Shown: positions 6,988-15,421, counted from the first letter of the stretch. The stretch is 33,954 nt of DNA from an uncultured Candidatus Saccharibacteria bacterium (GCA_964480825.1 CAYZRJ010000003.1:1-33954); one strand, 5' to 3'. A program made the numbers and translations. The notes: generated by a model not told the origin, from the letters alone.

Positions 6988-7578
6988 ATGTCAGAATACA
7001 ACTGGAAGCCTGTTCTTCTGCATACTGCAGAGCTGGAATGCACTATAACTTTTGAAGGGCTCGCAAAATATCAGGAGCAAGGAGCGACACTCACTTTTCA
7101 TGTACTACCTAATTTAGGCTTTGCGGCTCCCAAAACTGACGTCAGCGAAAAAGCGTGGGAACGAGAGGTTGTAAGATTCGTTAAGGAAAAGGCCGCTGAG
7201 CTTACTGGGCTTGAACCAAGTGACTTCATGCTGAACGGATGGTGGGGAGTCGGACCAAGCTTAACGGTTGCAACATTGAAAAAACCCCTAAAACTTACCG
7301 AAGATCTGATTGTTCGCATGAGTGTGGACGGCACCGAAATAGCGGAATCACTTCGCGAAGCTCGAAAAGGTTGCGTTCACATCAAAGGAACTCTCGTCTC
7401 AGGGCATCGCGCAGTCGGAGAAGACGTTGAATTCTGGCTACCGTTTGATGTCCACGAAGTCCGTCTATCTTTTGTAGCTCCTCACGGTTACGTACTGCGC
7501 GAGGAGAAAAATGGACAACTTGGAGTTCGCGCGTGGCTTGAAGGAGTTGAACCGCCAAAAAATATGGTGAGTTTCTAA
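6988..7578 (+). CDS. hypothetical protein, 196 aa, compositionally atypical
   Basis: Strong Shine-Dalgarno AAGGAG (6977-6982) 5 nt before the ATG, and its own terminator downstream. About 47-52% GC in sampled rows, against 28-37% in uvrB and lexA rows. No family motif that I recognise. Confidence 0.7.
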   Translation: MSEYNWKPVLLHTAELECTITFEGLAKYQEQGATLTFHVLPNLGFAAPKTDVSEKAWEREVVRFVKEKAAELTGLEPSDFMLNGWWGVGPSLTVATLKKPLKLTEDLIVRMSVDGTEIAESLREARKGCVHIKGTLVSGHRAVGEDVEFWLPFDVHEVRLSFVAPHGYVLREEKNGQLGVRAWLEGVEPPKNMVSF

Positions 7579-7584
7579 GTATCT

Positions 7585-7625
7585 AGCCTTGTGAATCAAA
7601 AATGATTTTACAAGGCTATTTTATT
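7585..7625 (+). terminator. intrinsic terminator after orf196
   Basis: AGCCUUGU (7585-7592) pairs with ACAAGGCU (7610-7617); the hairpin is followed by AUUUUAUU. Confidence 0.7.
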
Positions 7626-7627
7626 GC

Positions 7628-7657
7628 TTGACATGTTCGGGTTTGTTTTGGTAATAT
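7628..7657 (+). promoter_or_regulatory. lexA promoter
   Basis: TTGACA (7628-7633), 18 nt, TAATAT (7652-7657). This gives a leader of about 50 nt before ATG 7714. Confidence 0.55.
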
Positions 7658-7713
7658 TTTACTAACCGAAAGAAACGCGTAAATAATTTGCATTCGCTAA
7701 GAAAGTTTTAAAA

Positions 7714-8343
7714 ATGAGTCCCATAACCTTATATAGAAAACAAAGACAAATTTTAGATTTTATTTCGCAGTATATTCAAAAGAATAATTACTCCCCCACA
7801 CTACAAGAGATAGCTGCCGCTATGAATTTATCTTCACTTGCCACTGTTTTCGAGCATCTGCAAGCTTTAGAAAAAAAAGGTGTAATTAGACGCTTCGAAG
7901 GTACCGTCAGAGGCATTGAAGTTGTTGATCAAGGTTTCAACTCCTCTCTATCCGGAATAGAATTACCGATCATCGGATTTATTGCGGCCGGTGAACCAAT
8001 CGACGCGATTGAAAATCCTATTGACACCGTTATGGTTGCCCCGGACATGGTTTCAAAGTCTAAACGATGCTATGTATTGCAGGTTCGCGGTGACTCGATG
8101 ATCCAAGAAGGAATTTTCGACGGAGATTATGTTGTTTTACAAAGCCAAGAGGTAGCAAACGACGGCGAGATTATTGTTGCTTTGATAGATGATATGTTTG
8201 CAACCTTAAAAAAGTATTATCACGAAAAAGATGGCCGAATTAGACTACAACCTGCAAATGACAAAATGGATCCTATTTATGTAAACGCAAGTCAATTAAA
8301 GATTCAGGGTAAAGTGACGGGTGTAATTAGAAGATTTAATTAA
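7714..8343 (+). CDS. lexA: LexA repressor (S24 self-cleaving peptidase)
   Basis: N-terminal winged HTH (YSPTLQEIAAAMNLSSLATVFEHLQALEKKGVIRR). Ala-Gly cleavage site in IAAGEP. Catalytic Ser in RGDSM and Lys in ATLKKY. Confidence 0.95.
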   Translation: MSPITLYRKQRQILDFISQYIQKNNYSPTLQEIAAAMNLSSLATVFEHLQALEKKGVIRRFEGTVRGIEVVDQGFNSSLSGIELPIIGFIAAGEPIDAIENPIDTVMVAPDMVSKSKRCYVLQVRGDSMIQEGIFDGDYVVLQSQEVANDGEIIVALIDDMFATLKKYYHEKDGRIRLQPANDKMDPIYVNASQLKIQGKVTGVIRRFN

Positions 8344-8959
8344 GCTTTTTCTCTTTGTATAAATGTAATAAAGGTGGCAAAACGGAAGCTACGATGATTA
8401 TTAAAACAATAGGTAAAATATATTTATCAACATCCGGGATAATCGAGCCTAAAAAATAACCCAAAAACGCCATTCCCCAAACCCAAAGGGTTCCGCCCAT
8501 AATGTTAAAAAATAAAAATCTTCCGTAGTGCATGGTTCCGATTCCGGCGACTATTGGCGCGAATGTTCTAATCACGGGCATAAAACGAGCTAAAACAATC
8601 GCCTTCCCACCATGCTTTTCATAAAAGTTTTGCGCCTTTATTAAGTTTTCAGGATGAAATAAGAGAGAATTTTCGCGTTTGAATAAAGCCTTTCCTGCTT
8701 TTTTGCCAAACATATAACCAACAGAATCTCCAAATATAGCGGCAAACCAGCAACCAAGAACTAATGCCCAAATATTAAAGAATTCAAAAGCCGGAGAAGC
8801 TAGCAAACCGGCAGTAAATAGCAGACTATCGCCGGGCAAAAAAAATCCGACAAGCAAGCCTGATTCTGCAAAAACTACTAAATAAACTCCGAATAGCCCG
8901 ATACTCTCTATAAAAGCTCTTAGATCATGGTTTAAAAATGATGAAATTATCTCCTGCAC
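8336..8959 (-). CDS. DedA/VTT-family membrane protein
   Basis: DedA signature FAESGLLVGFFLPGDSLLFTAG, multi-pass membrane protein. The start is set at in-frame GTG 8959 (208 aa, typical length; TATCAT sits 6 nt upstream). The listed extension to 9103 would overlap the divergent gene by 118 nt. Confidence 0.85.
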   Translation of the reverse strand: MQEIISSFLNHDLRAFIESIGLFGVYLVVFAESGLLVGFFLPGDSLLFTAGLLASPAFEFFNIWALVLGCWFAAIFGDSVGYMFGKKAGKALFKRENSLLFHPENLIKAQNFYEKHGGKAIVLARFMPVIRTFAPIVAGIGTMHYGRFLFFNIMGGTLWVWGMAFLGYFLGSIIPDVDKYILPIVLIIIVASVLPPLLHLYKEKKLN

Positions 8960-8985
8960 TGAACCATGATAACATATAATCAGAG

Positions 8986-9672
8986 ATGATTGACCCAGCC
9001 ATATTACAAAAATATCCAAAAGAAAAAGTTGATGAAGCAATTGCGTTTTTAACCTACAAAAATAACGCAGTAATGCCAAAAGAAGAATTACAGGGAGTAC
9101 CAACTTTATATGTTTTCAGACACGGCCAGACTACTGACAACGCAGAAATGATTTTTAGCGGTTGGCGGGATGTGGGTTTAACTGAAAAAGGTGTCGGACA
9201 AGCCGAAGAATTAGCAGAGAAACTAAAAGACAAAAAAATAGACGTGTTAGTTACTTCCGACATGAAACGCGCACTGCACACCATGGAAATCGCCGTTTCA
9301 AAAAACGAACAAGCGAGAAAACTACAAATATTAAGCGACCCAAGAATTAAAGAGCGCCGCTATGGTGACTTACAAGGAACAAGCAAACTTCTATTACAAT
9401 TGGAAAACCCAGCACTATCGCACAGCTACAGAAGAAGTTACGATGTGATACCTCCAAACGGCGAGAGTATAGAAATGGTCGTAAAACGTGTGCAAGAGTT
9501 TATAGATGAGATTATTCCAAAAATGAAAACATTTAAAATCAATGTGGCGGTGTCTTGTCACGGTAATTCGATACGCGGGTTTAGACAACATTTTGAACAT
9601 TTATCTAACGAGCAAACAGCAACTATTGAAAGTCCACTTGGACAGGATTATTTGGCTTACGCGATAAAGTAG
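8986..9672 (+). CDS. gpmA: histidine phosphatase, 2,3-bisphosphoglycerate-dependent phosphoglycerate mutase-like
   Basis: Motifs FRHGQTTDN, FSGWRDVGLTEKG, ERRYGDLQG, RRSYDVIPPNGES and CHGNSIRG are collinear with dPGM (GpmA). The gene ends 1 nt from eno, convergently. The start is uncertain. ATG 8986 has TATAAT 5 nt upstream but leaves about 44 aa before the RHG motif. ATG 9073 would give a more typical N-terminus. Confidence 0.8.
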   Translation: MIDPAILQKYPKEKVDEAIAFLTYKNNAVMPKEELQGVPTLYVFRHGQTTDNAEMIFSGWRDVGLTEKGVGQAEELAEKLKDKKIDVLVTSDMKRALHTMEIAVSKNEQARKLQILSDPRIKERRYGDLQGTSKLLLQLENPALSHSYRRSYDVIPPNGESIEMVVKRVQEFIDEIIPKMKTFKINVAVSCHGNSIRGFRQHFEHLSNEQTATIESPLGQDYLAYAIK

Positions 9673-9673
9673 C

Positions 9674-10891
9674 TTACTCTGAAAAAATCTCCAAAAGCCT
9701 ATTATACTTAGCTACTCTTTCGCCTCTTGCGGGGGCACCTGCTTTCATAAAATCCGCATCAACAGCAACAGCCAGATCAGCGATAAAAGTATCCTCAGCA
9801 GTGTCTCCGCTTCGGTGGGAAATTATTGTAGACATTTTTGCTTCTTTTGCGATGCGAATAAATTCTAAGGTTTCTGTAACTGTACCGATTTGATTGGGTT
9901 TAACTATTACCGCGTTAGCTAACTGCTGTGAAATTACGTTTTTTAATATTTTGGGATTTGTCACACACAGATCATCTCCAACAACCATAAAAGACGATCC
10001 GGCGGTAAATTTTTTCCAAGCGGCAATATCTTTTTCATAGAACGGATCTTCGATATAGATTAGCTCAAATTCTTTTACTAATTTTTGATAGTACGATTGA
10101 AGTTGGTCGCTGGTCAGAACCAAAGTTTCTTCGGCAATGTTGTAGCTATTTTTTGTGTAAAATGATTCGGTGGCTACATCTATTCCGAAAAATAAATCTA
10201 TACCGGGTTTGTAATGTATAGACGCGGCCTCTCTAATCAAACCTAATGCCATTTCAACAGTTAAGCCGTTAGGAGCAAAGCCCCCCTCATCTCCGACACC
10301 AACGTCCAGTTTTTTTGAAAGTAATAATTTTTGTAAGTCATTGTAAACCGTTGCACCGATCTCAATGGATTCAATAACTTTTATATTTTTTGCCGGAATA
10401 ACCATAAACTCCTGAAAAGATAAATTGTTGTGCGCGTGTTTTCCTCCGTTAATGATATTGAAAATCGGAATTGGTAAAAGTAGCTCACCGCGGGTTTTTT
10501 GTTGGCCATGATACAAAAATGATAAATGTTCCCATAGCTCGATTTTTTTTGACATTGCCGCCGCTTTAGCAACAGCTTGAGAAACAGACAAAATACTGTT
10601 TGCACCAAGTAGGCTTTTATTTTCTGTGCCGTCTAATTTTATTAGTGTCTCATCGATATTTTTTTGATTTAATGAGTCCTTGCCGACGAGCGCGTCCTTT
10701 ATAATAGTTGTAACAATCTTTATAGCTTTATCCACAGGTACAGCTAACGCCTCTTTTTCTCCTTTCGAAGCTCCATCGGGAATTGTTTGCGCGCCGACAG
10801 AACCGTCATCTAGTATAACTTGTGTTTCTATTGTCCAGTCGGCTCGCGAGTTTAATATTTTATGACAGGTTATTGATGATATTTTTGGCAT
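9674..10891 (-). CDS. eno: enolase (405 aa, on the short side)
   Basis: N-terminus ITCHKILNSRADWTIETQV..DGS.G....PDGASKGEKEA; SHRSGDTAEDTFIADLAVA; GERVAKYNRLLEI. Confidence 0.93.
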   Translation of the reverse strand: MPKISSITCHKILNSRADWTIETQVILDDGSVGAQTIPDGASKGEKEALAVPVDKAIKIVTTIIKDALVGKDSLNQKNIDETLIKLDGTENKSLLGANSILSVSQAVAKAAAMSKKIELWEHLSFLYHGQQKTRGELLLPIPIFNIINGGKHAHNNLSFQEFMVIPAKNIKVIESIEIGATVYNDLQKLLLSKKLDVGVGDEGGFAPNGLTVEMALGLIREAASIHYKPGIDLFFGIDVATESFYTKNSYNIAEETLVLTSDQLQSYYQKLVKEFELIYIEDPFYEKDIAAWKKFTAGSSFMVVGDDLCVTNPKILKNVISQQLANAVIVKPNQIGTVTETLEFIRIAKEAKMSTIISHRSGDTAEDTFIADLAVAVDADFMKAGAPARGERVAKYNRLLEIFSE

Positions 10892-10916
10892 AAGTAAATC
10901 TGCGAAGAAAATTTAA

Positions 10917-13193
10917 TCACTTCTTCTTGCTTCGGGAACCAAGAAGTTTTTTCTCAGCTTCATAAACAATGTATCTGGTTTTATCAATTACATCCGGGCT
11001 CACCGAAACAGATGTACAACCCCATTTAACCAGCATTTCTACTAATTCCGGAAAAACGGATGGAGCTTGGCCACAAACAGAGCAGGTAACTTTTCGTTTG
11101 TGGCAGGTGGTAACAATTTTTTCCAATGATCTTAATACTGCCTCGTTCATTTCGCTGTATGAATCGGCAACTCGGTCGTTATCTCTGTCAACCCCCAAAG
11201 TTAACATTGTTAAATCATTAGTTCCTATTGATACACCGTCAACTCCCTCGTCTAAAAATTCATCCAGTAAAATAACGTTAGAGGGAATCTCAACCATCAT
11301 CCAAAACTTAAACATTCCGCTTCGGCGCAAGCCGCCTGCCGATAGTAGTTTTTTAACTTCTCGTAGTTGTTCGACCGTACGAACAAAAGGCATCATGACC
11401 CACAAATTTTTGTATCCGAGTTTGTTTCGAACTATTTTTATAGCTTCGACTTCCATCTCAAAAACTTCAGGTTCTTTTAGATAACGTGAAACTCCGCGGT
11501 AGCCGATCATTGGGTTTGGTTCTTCTTTTTCAAATTCTTTGCCTCCCTTTAGATTTGCGTATTCATTTGACTTAAAGTCGTTAAATCTATAAACAACCGG
11601 TCGCGGACTAAAAGCTTTGGCAAATTCTTCCAGACCTTCGGCCAGCTTATGAATAAATTCCTTTTGTTTTTTCTCTTTTACAAAAGCCATCGGATGTTTA
11701 CCGATGTTTGCGATTATAAATTCTGCGCGCAATAAGCCTATTCCATCAACATTTCTTTTTGACATGTCCCCTGCCAATTCCGGCTCGGCCAGATTCATAT
11801 AAACTTTGGTCGCAGTTTTTAGTTTCGATACGTCTACTTCATCGTAGATCGTACTCACAGCTTCTATTTTTGCTATATCCCCTTCGTAAACTTTTCCCGC
11901 GGCACCATCTACGGTAATTGTCTCACCCGTTTTTAGTATCTTAGTGGCGTGCTCTGTTCCTACAATCGCAGGAACTCCAAGCTCCCGGCTAACAATTGCG
12001 GCGTGACTGGTACGACCGCCAAGATCAGTAACAATTGCCGCCGCTCTTTTCATAGCCGGTACATAATCAGGATTTGTCATCTCAGCAACTAAAATATCGC
12101 CTTGTTTGACCTTGTTTATTTCCGAAGGATTTTTAATGATTATAACTTTTCCTGTTGCAACTCCCGGAGATGCCGCTAAACCCTCGAGTATGGCTTTTCC
12201 TGATTTTGACAAATCAATAGCTACAGCGTGTGAATGATCTTTATTTAAAGTTGTAACCGGCCGCGATTGAACAATATTAACTTTACCGTCTTCAATGCCC
12301 CACTCTATATCCTGCGGACGGCCGTAATGCTTTTCAATTTTCATACCGATGTGCGCCAACTCTAAAACGTATTTATTAGGTATTTTCTGAACCTCTTGGT
12401 ATTTTTTTGAAACAGGAGTATTTCCTGCCAAAGTTAATTGCCACGTTTGTTTTGAAACAAATTTATATGTAATTTTGCCTGATTTTTTATTTATTAAGTA
12501 TTGATCCGGCGTAACCTCGCCCGATACAACCGGCTGTCCAAGTCCATACGCGGCTTCTACGGACAACTCGTCCATGTTGTTTGTAACCGGATTCACCGTA
12601 AACATAATTCCTGAAAAATCAGATTGAACCATCAGTTGAATAGGAACAGCTATTCCTATTTTTAAATGAGAGTAATGGTTGGTTTCACGATAAAAAATCG
12701 CTCGCGCTTCAAAAAGAGACGCCCAACATTCCTGAACTTTTTTTACAACGTCTTTCCAACCTAAAATATTTAAATAGGTTTCTTGCTGCCCTGCAAATGA
12801 AGCATCAGGTAAGTCTTCGGCTGTGGCAGAAGAACGCACAGCGACATATCGGTCTTTATTAGCACACAACTGAAGGTAATGCTCTTTAATCTGCTCCTCC
12901 AACTCTTTTGGCATATTTGCGGCTCTAATCGCGATCTTTATGTTTTTGGAAGTGTCTTGAAGCTTTTGCGAGTCATTAACATCAAGACCCGCCAATTCGG
13001 TCATTATTTTGTTTTTAAGTGAGGTTGTAGCCAAAAAATCGTAATAAGCTTTTGCGGTGACAACAAATCCGTTCGGTACCGGAATTCCGGCATTTACCAT
13101 CTCTCCTAAGTTTGCTCCTTTACCTCCTACAAGCGGAATGTCTGCTTTATGAATATCCTTAAACCACAATAGATGGGCAGTCTTTTTGTTCAT
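10917..13193 (-). CDS. ppsA: phosphoenolpyruvate synthase (pyruvate, water dikinase)
   Basis: ATP-grasp N-terminal domain (VGGKGANLGEM), phosphohistidine domain GGRTSHAAIVSRELGVPAIVG, PEP-utilizer C domain SIGTNDLTMLTLGVDRDN and CGQAPS. The start is set at ATG 13193 (MNKKTAHLLWF), because ATG 13229 falls inside the predicted -35. Confidence 0.92.
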   Translation of the reverse strand: MNKKTAHLLWFKDIHKADIPLVGGKGANLGEMVNAGIPVPNGFVVTAKAYYDFLATTSLKNKIMTELAGLDVNDSQKLQDTSKNIKIAIRAANMPKELEEQIKEHYLQLCANKDRYVAVRSSATAEDLPDASFAGQQETYLNILGWKDVVKKVQECWASLFEARAIFYRETNHYSHLKIGIAVPIQLMVQSDFSGIMFTVNPVTNNMDELSVEAAYGLGQPVVSGEVTPDQYLINKKSGKITYKFVSKQTWQLTLAGNTPVSKKYQEVQKIPNKYVLELAHIGMKIEKHYGRPQDIEWGIEDGKVNIVQSRPVTTLNKDHSHAVAIDLSKSGKAILEGLAASPGVATGKVIIIKNPSEINKVKQGDILVAEMTNPDYVPAMKRAAAIVTDLGGRTSHAAIVSRELGVPAIVGTEHATKILKTGETITVDGAAGKVYEGDIAKIEAVSTIYDEVDVSKLKTATKVYMNLAEPELAGDMSKRNVDGIGLLRAEFIIANIGKHPMAFVKEKKQKEFIHKLAEGLEEFAKAFSPRPVVYRFNDFKSNEYANLKGGKEFEKEEPNPMIGYRGVSRYLKEPEVFEMEVEAIKIVRNKLGYKNLWVMMPFVRTVEQLREVKKLLSAGGLRRSGMFKFWMMVEIPSNVILLDEFLDEGVDGVSIGTNDLTMLTLGVDRDNDRVADSYSEMNEAVLRSLEKIVTTCHKRKVTCSVCGQAPSVFPELVEMLVKWGCTSVSVSPDVIDKTRYIVYEAEKKLLGSRSKKK

Positions 13194-13199
13194 AATAAT

Positions 13200-13229
13200 A
13201 GTGTAACAGCTAATTGATGCTAAATTCAA
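13200..13229 (-). promoter_or_regulatory. ppsA promoter, leaderless type
   Basis: Minus strand: TTGAAT (13229-13224), 18 nt, TACACT (13205-13200), 6 nt, ATG (13193). Confidence 0.5.
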
Positions 13230-13240
13230 TAAATAGCTAT

Positions 13241-14620
13241 TTAGATAAAAAGCCCATGTTTCGCTAAAAGCTTGGTCGTTTTTTCTAATATGCTTTCTAC
13301 TTCTGCCGCGTCTTTGCCTTCTGCGCGAAGACTAAGATAAGGTGAAGTATTTGAAGCTCTGATCAAAAACCACCCTGTTTGCGAAACTTTTACACGCGCA
13401 CCATCCGTTTCGTTAATATCGTCAAAACTTTTGTCGGCTCTAATTTCCTCAACTATTTTGGCGACAATATTAAATTTCTCTTTGTCGGAGCAGGTTACTT
13501 TTATTTCCGGCGTTGAAACCATTTTTGGAAATTCTGACATCAATACGGATAAGCTCAAACCTGTTTCATCCGCTATTTTTAACAACCTGCACGCCGCATA
13601 AATTCCGTCGTCATAACCTAAATAGTAATCTTTAAAATAAATGTGGCCCGATAACTCGCCGCCCAACAAAGCTCTGCCGCTATACATCTCGTCTAAAAAG
13701 AAAGATCTTCCCGTTCTCATCATCTTTGGAATTCCTCCCAATTCTTTTATATAGCTTTCAAGAATTTGCGAACTTTTTACGTCAAAAATGATCGTAGCCT
13801 TGGGGTTTTTGGACAAAACATCTTTAGCAAATAACAGCATCGTTTCGTCGGTCTTATATTGATTACCTTTTTCATCCATCCACCCCATCCTGTCGCCATC
13901 TCCGTCAAAACCTACTCCGATATCAGCGTTACTTTCAGTTACCTGTTCGATTAACTCAGAATAAAAATTACCCGATTCGGGATCAGAAACGCCCGCAGGA
14001 AAATCACTGTCTAAGTAACATCTCAAAGGAACTACCTCTGCTCCAATGTTTTCTAGTATTACGGGATAAATCTCACTTGTTGCTCCGTTGCCGCAATAAA
14101 CAACAATCTTTATTCTGCGTTTTAACCTAAACTTTGAGCTTACAAAATCGATATATTTTTGATTCAGACTTTCCTCTTTGTAACTTCCTTTTCCTATTTT
14201 AAAATCACCTTTTTTAACAATATCGTATAAACCGGTCAACTCGTCTCCGAAACAAGGAACGCCGTTTTTAAAATCTATTTTAATGCCGTTAAATTGGCTA
14301 GGATTGTGGCTCGCGGTGATATTTACAGAAGCATCTATGTTTTTCAGGAAAGTAAAATAGTGACACGCCGGCTCTACAGTTATTCCGTTGTTAACAACTG
14401 AAATTCCGGTAGAAAGCAACCCCGCCATTAGTCTATTAGCCAAAAACGCGGAACTTTCGCGGTTGTCTCTACCCACAACAACTCTTTTCAAACCTTTTTT
14501 ATGCAGTAACGTACCCAACGCTTTGCCGATTAATTCAGATCCCCGTTCATTTAACTCGTCAGGATACAGCCCCCGTATGTCGTAGGCCCTAAATATTTCT
14601 CGAAGCAGTTCTATGTTCAT
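13241..14620 (-). CDS. phosphomannomutase/phosphoglucomutase (alpha-D-phosphohexomutase)
   Basis: Active-site loop TASHNPSQFNGIK and metal-binding loop GFDGDGDR; 459 aa. Confidence 0.9.
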   Translation of the reverse strand: MNIELLREIFRAYDIRGLYPDELNERGSELIGKALGTLLHKKGLKRVVVGRDNRESSAFLANRLMAGLLSTGISVVNNGITVEPACHYFTFLKNIDASVNITASHNPSQFNGIKIDFKNGVPCFGDELTGLYDIVKKGDFKIGKGSYKEESLNQKYIDFVSSKFRLKRRIKIVVYCGNGATSEIYPVILENIGAEVVPLRCYLDSDFPAGVSDPESGNFYSELIEQVTESNADIGVGFDGDGDRMGWMDEKGNQYKTDETMLLFAKDVLSKNPKATIIFDVKSSQILESYIKELGGIPKMMRTGRSFFLDEMYSGRALLGGELSGHIYFKDYYLGYDDGIYAACRLLKIADETGLSLSVLMSEFPKMVSTPEIKVTCSDKEKFNIVAKIVEEIRADKSFDDINETDGARVKVSQTGWFLIRASNTSPYLSLRAEGKDAAEVESILEKTTKLLAKHGLFI

Positions 14621-14631
14621 AGTAACTGCTG

Positions 14632-15033
14632 TTAATTTACAACTTTTATACCTGATTCCGGAGTTATTCCCAACAACGATGCGATCTTATCCGGCAATTC
14701 AGAAGGTACGACGTTGTATTTCATTAAATAATCGTCGGAACCAAGTTCTGTGGCGCGCCTGACATTTTCATCCGTACCAAAGTTGGTTAACATAACAATC
14801 TTTATATTTTTGGTATCTTCTGATTCTTTTAGTTCTTTTAAGATGTCCAATCCGCTCATTCCGGGCAGAATGATATCGAGTAAAATCAGGTCAGGTTTTT
14901 CGAGTTTAGCTTTTTCAACAGCTAACGAACCGTCGGCCACGTGAATTATATTATACCCACGCATACTCAAAGCCGCTGAAAATAAATTAAAAAACCCCTC
15001 GTCATCTTCAACAAATAATATCTTTTTGCTCAT
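14632..15033 (-). CDS. stand-alone response-regulator receiver protein (CheY-like)
   Basis: MSKKILFVEDD, phospho-acceptor region LILLDIILPGMSG, IVMLTNFG, no output domain. The start is set at ATG 15033. The listed extension to 15105 overlaps yraN and has no receiver-domain similarity. Confidence 0.88.
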   Translation of the reverse strand: MSKKILFVEDDEGFFNLFSAALSMRGYNIIHVADGSLAVEKAKLEKPDLILLDIILPGMSGLDILKELKESEDTKNIKIVMLTNFGTDENVRRATELGSDDYLMKYNVVPSELPDKIASLLGITPESGIKVVN

Positions 15034-15039
15034 ACATTG

Positions 15040-15069
15040 ATGATACATTACGACAAAGTTAAAAAGCAA
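15040..15069 (-). promoter_or_regulatory. promoter of the receiver gene, leaderless type, inside the yraN 3' end
   Basis: Minus strand: TTGCTT (15069-15064), 18 nt, TATCAT (15045-15040), 6 nt, ATG (15033). Confidence 0.45.
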
Positions 15070-15421
15070 GAACGTTTTTGTAGTGCTCAATCCAAACCTG
15101 CGCACCGTCTTGAGTAATGCACACCAGATCCAACTGCCATCGTTTTACCTTATATTTTGATAGAAAAAAGTATATCGCGCGCAAAAGTTTCCTCTGCTTA
15201 TTTTTACTAAAAAGCTCGACCGGATTACAATAAGATGTGTTATTTACCGACTTTACTTCAATAAATACCAATTTACCGTCTAATCCCGCGACTAAATCTA
15301 TTTCACCCCAATTGCAATACCAATTTTTGCATAAAATTTTGTAACTCTGCTTTTTAAGATATTCGGAGCATACGGCCTCTCCCAGCTTTCCTTTTTGATA
15401 ATTATTTCTTTGTTCGTACAC
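15059..15421 (-). CDS. yraN: YraN-family (UPF0102) endonuclease-like protein
   Basis: GKLGEAVCSEYLKKQSYKIL.KN......GEIDLVA......FIEVK pattern typical of UPF0102. GTG start at 15421. Confidence 0.8.
   Translation of the reverse strand: MYEQRNNYQKGKLGEAVCSEYLKKQSYKILCKNWYCNWGEIDLVAGLDGKLVFIEVKSVNNTSYCNPVELFSKNKQRKLLRAIYFFLSKYKVKRWQLDLVCITQDGAQVWIEHYKNVLAF

Noticed and set aside
7579-7713. A known LexA box in the lexA promoter (CGAAC-N4-GTTCG or CTGT-N8-ACAG).
   Set aside because: Only a right-half-like ATGTTCG overlaps the -35 (7631-7639), with no matching left half. There is no CTGT/ACAG pair and no copy of the 6924-6937 palindrome. No operator is called here.
8960-9103. The long N-terminal extension of the DedA ORF. 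The same issue applies to 13194-13229 (ppsA), 15034-15105 (receiver), 4458-4622 (uvrA), 6909-6929 (uvrB) and 17604-17627 (ftsL).
   Set aside because: The extensions have no family similarity and overlap neighbouring genes, promoters or the RNA unit. In-frame starts that match family N-termini sit 5-7 nt after -10-like hexamers. The uvrB and ftsL cases are less certain.
10917-10919. Possibility of an alternative genetic code (UGA read as Gly or Trp, as in some CPR and Mollicutes).
   Set aside because: TGA terminates ppsA exactly where the family ends, 25 nt before the eno start. No long ORF in the window needs an in-frame TGA to be read through. The standard code 11 fits all genes.
10969-11484. 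Long antisense or shadow ORFs inside real genes: 10969-11484, 22764-23144, 30844-31254, 1520-1843, 3829-4128, 20108-20452, 28793-29184 and others.
   Set aside because: All lie opposite to, or out of frame with, genes that have unambiguous family motifs. They have low-complexity or biased compositions and no promoter or RBS signals. They are typical by-products of codon bias.
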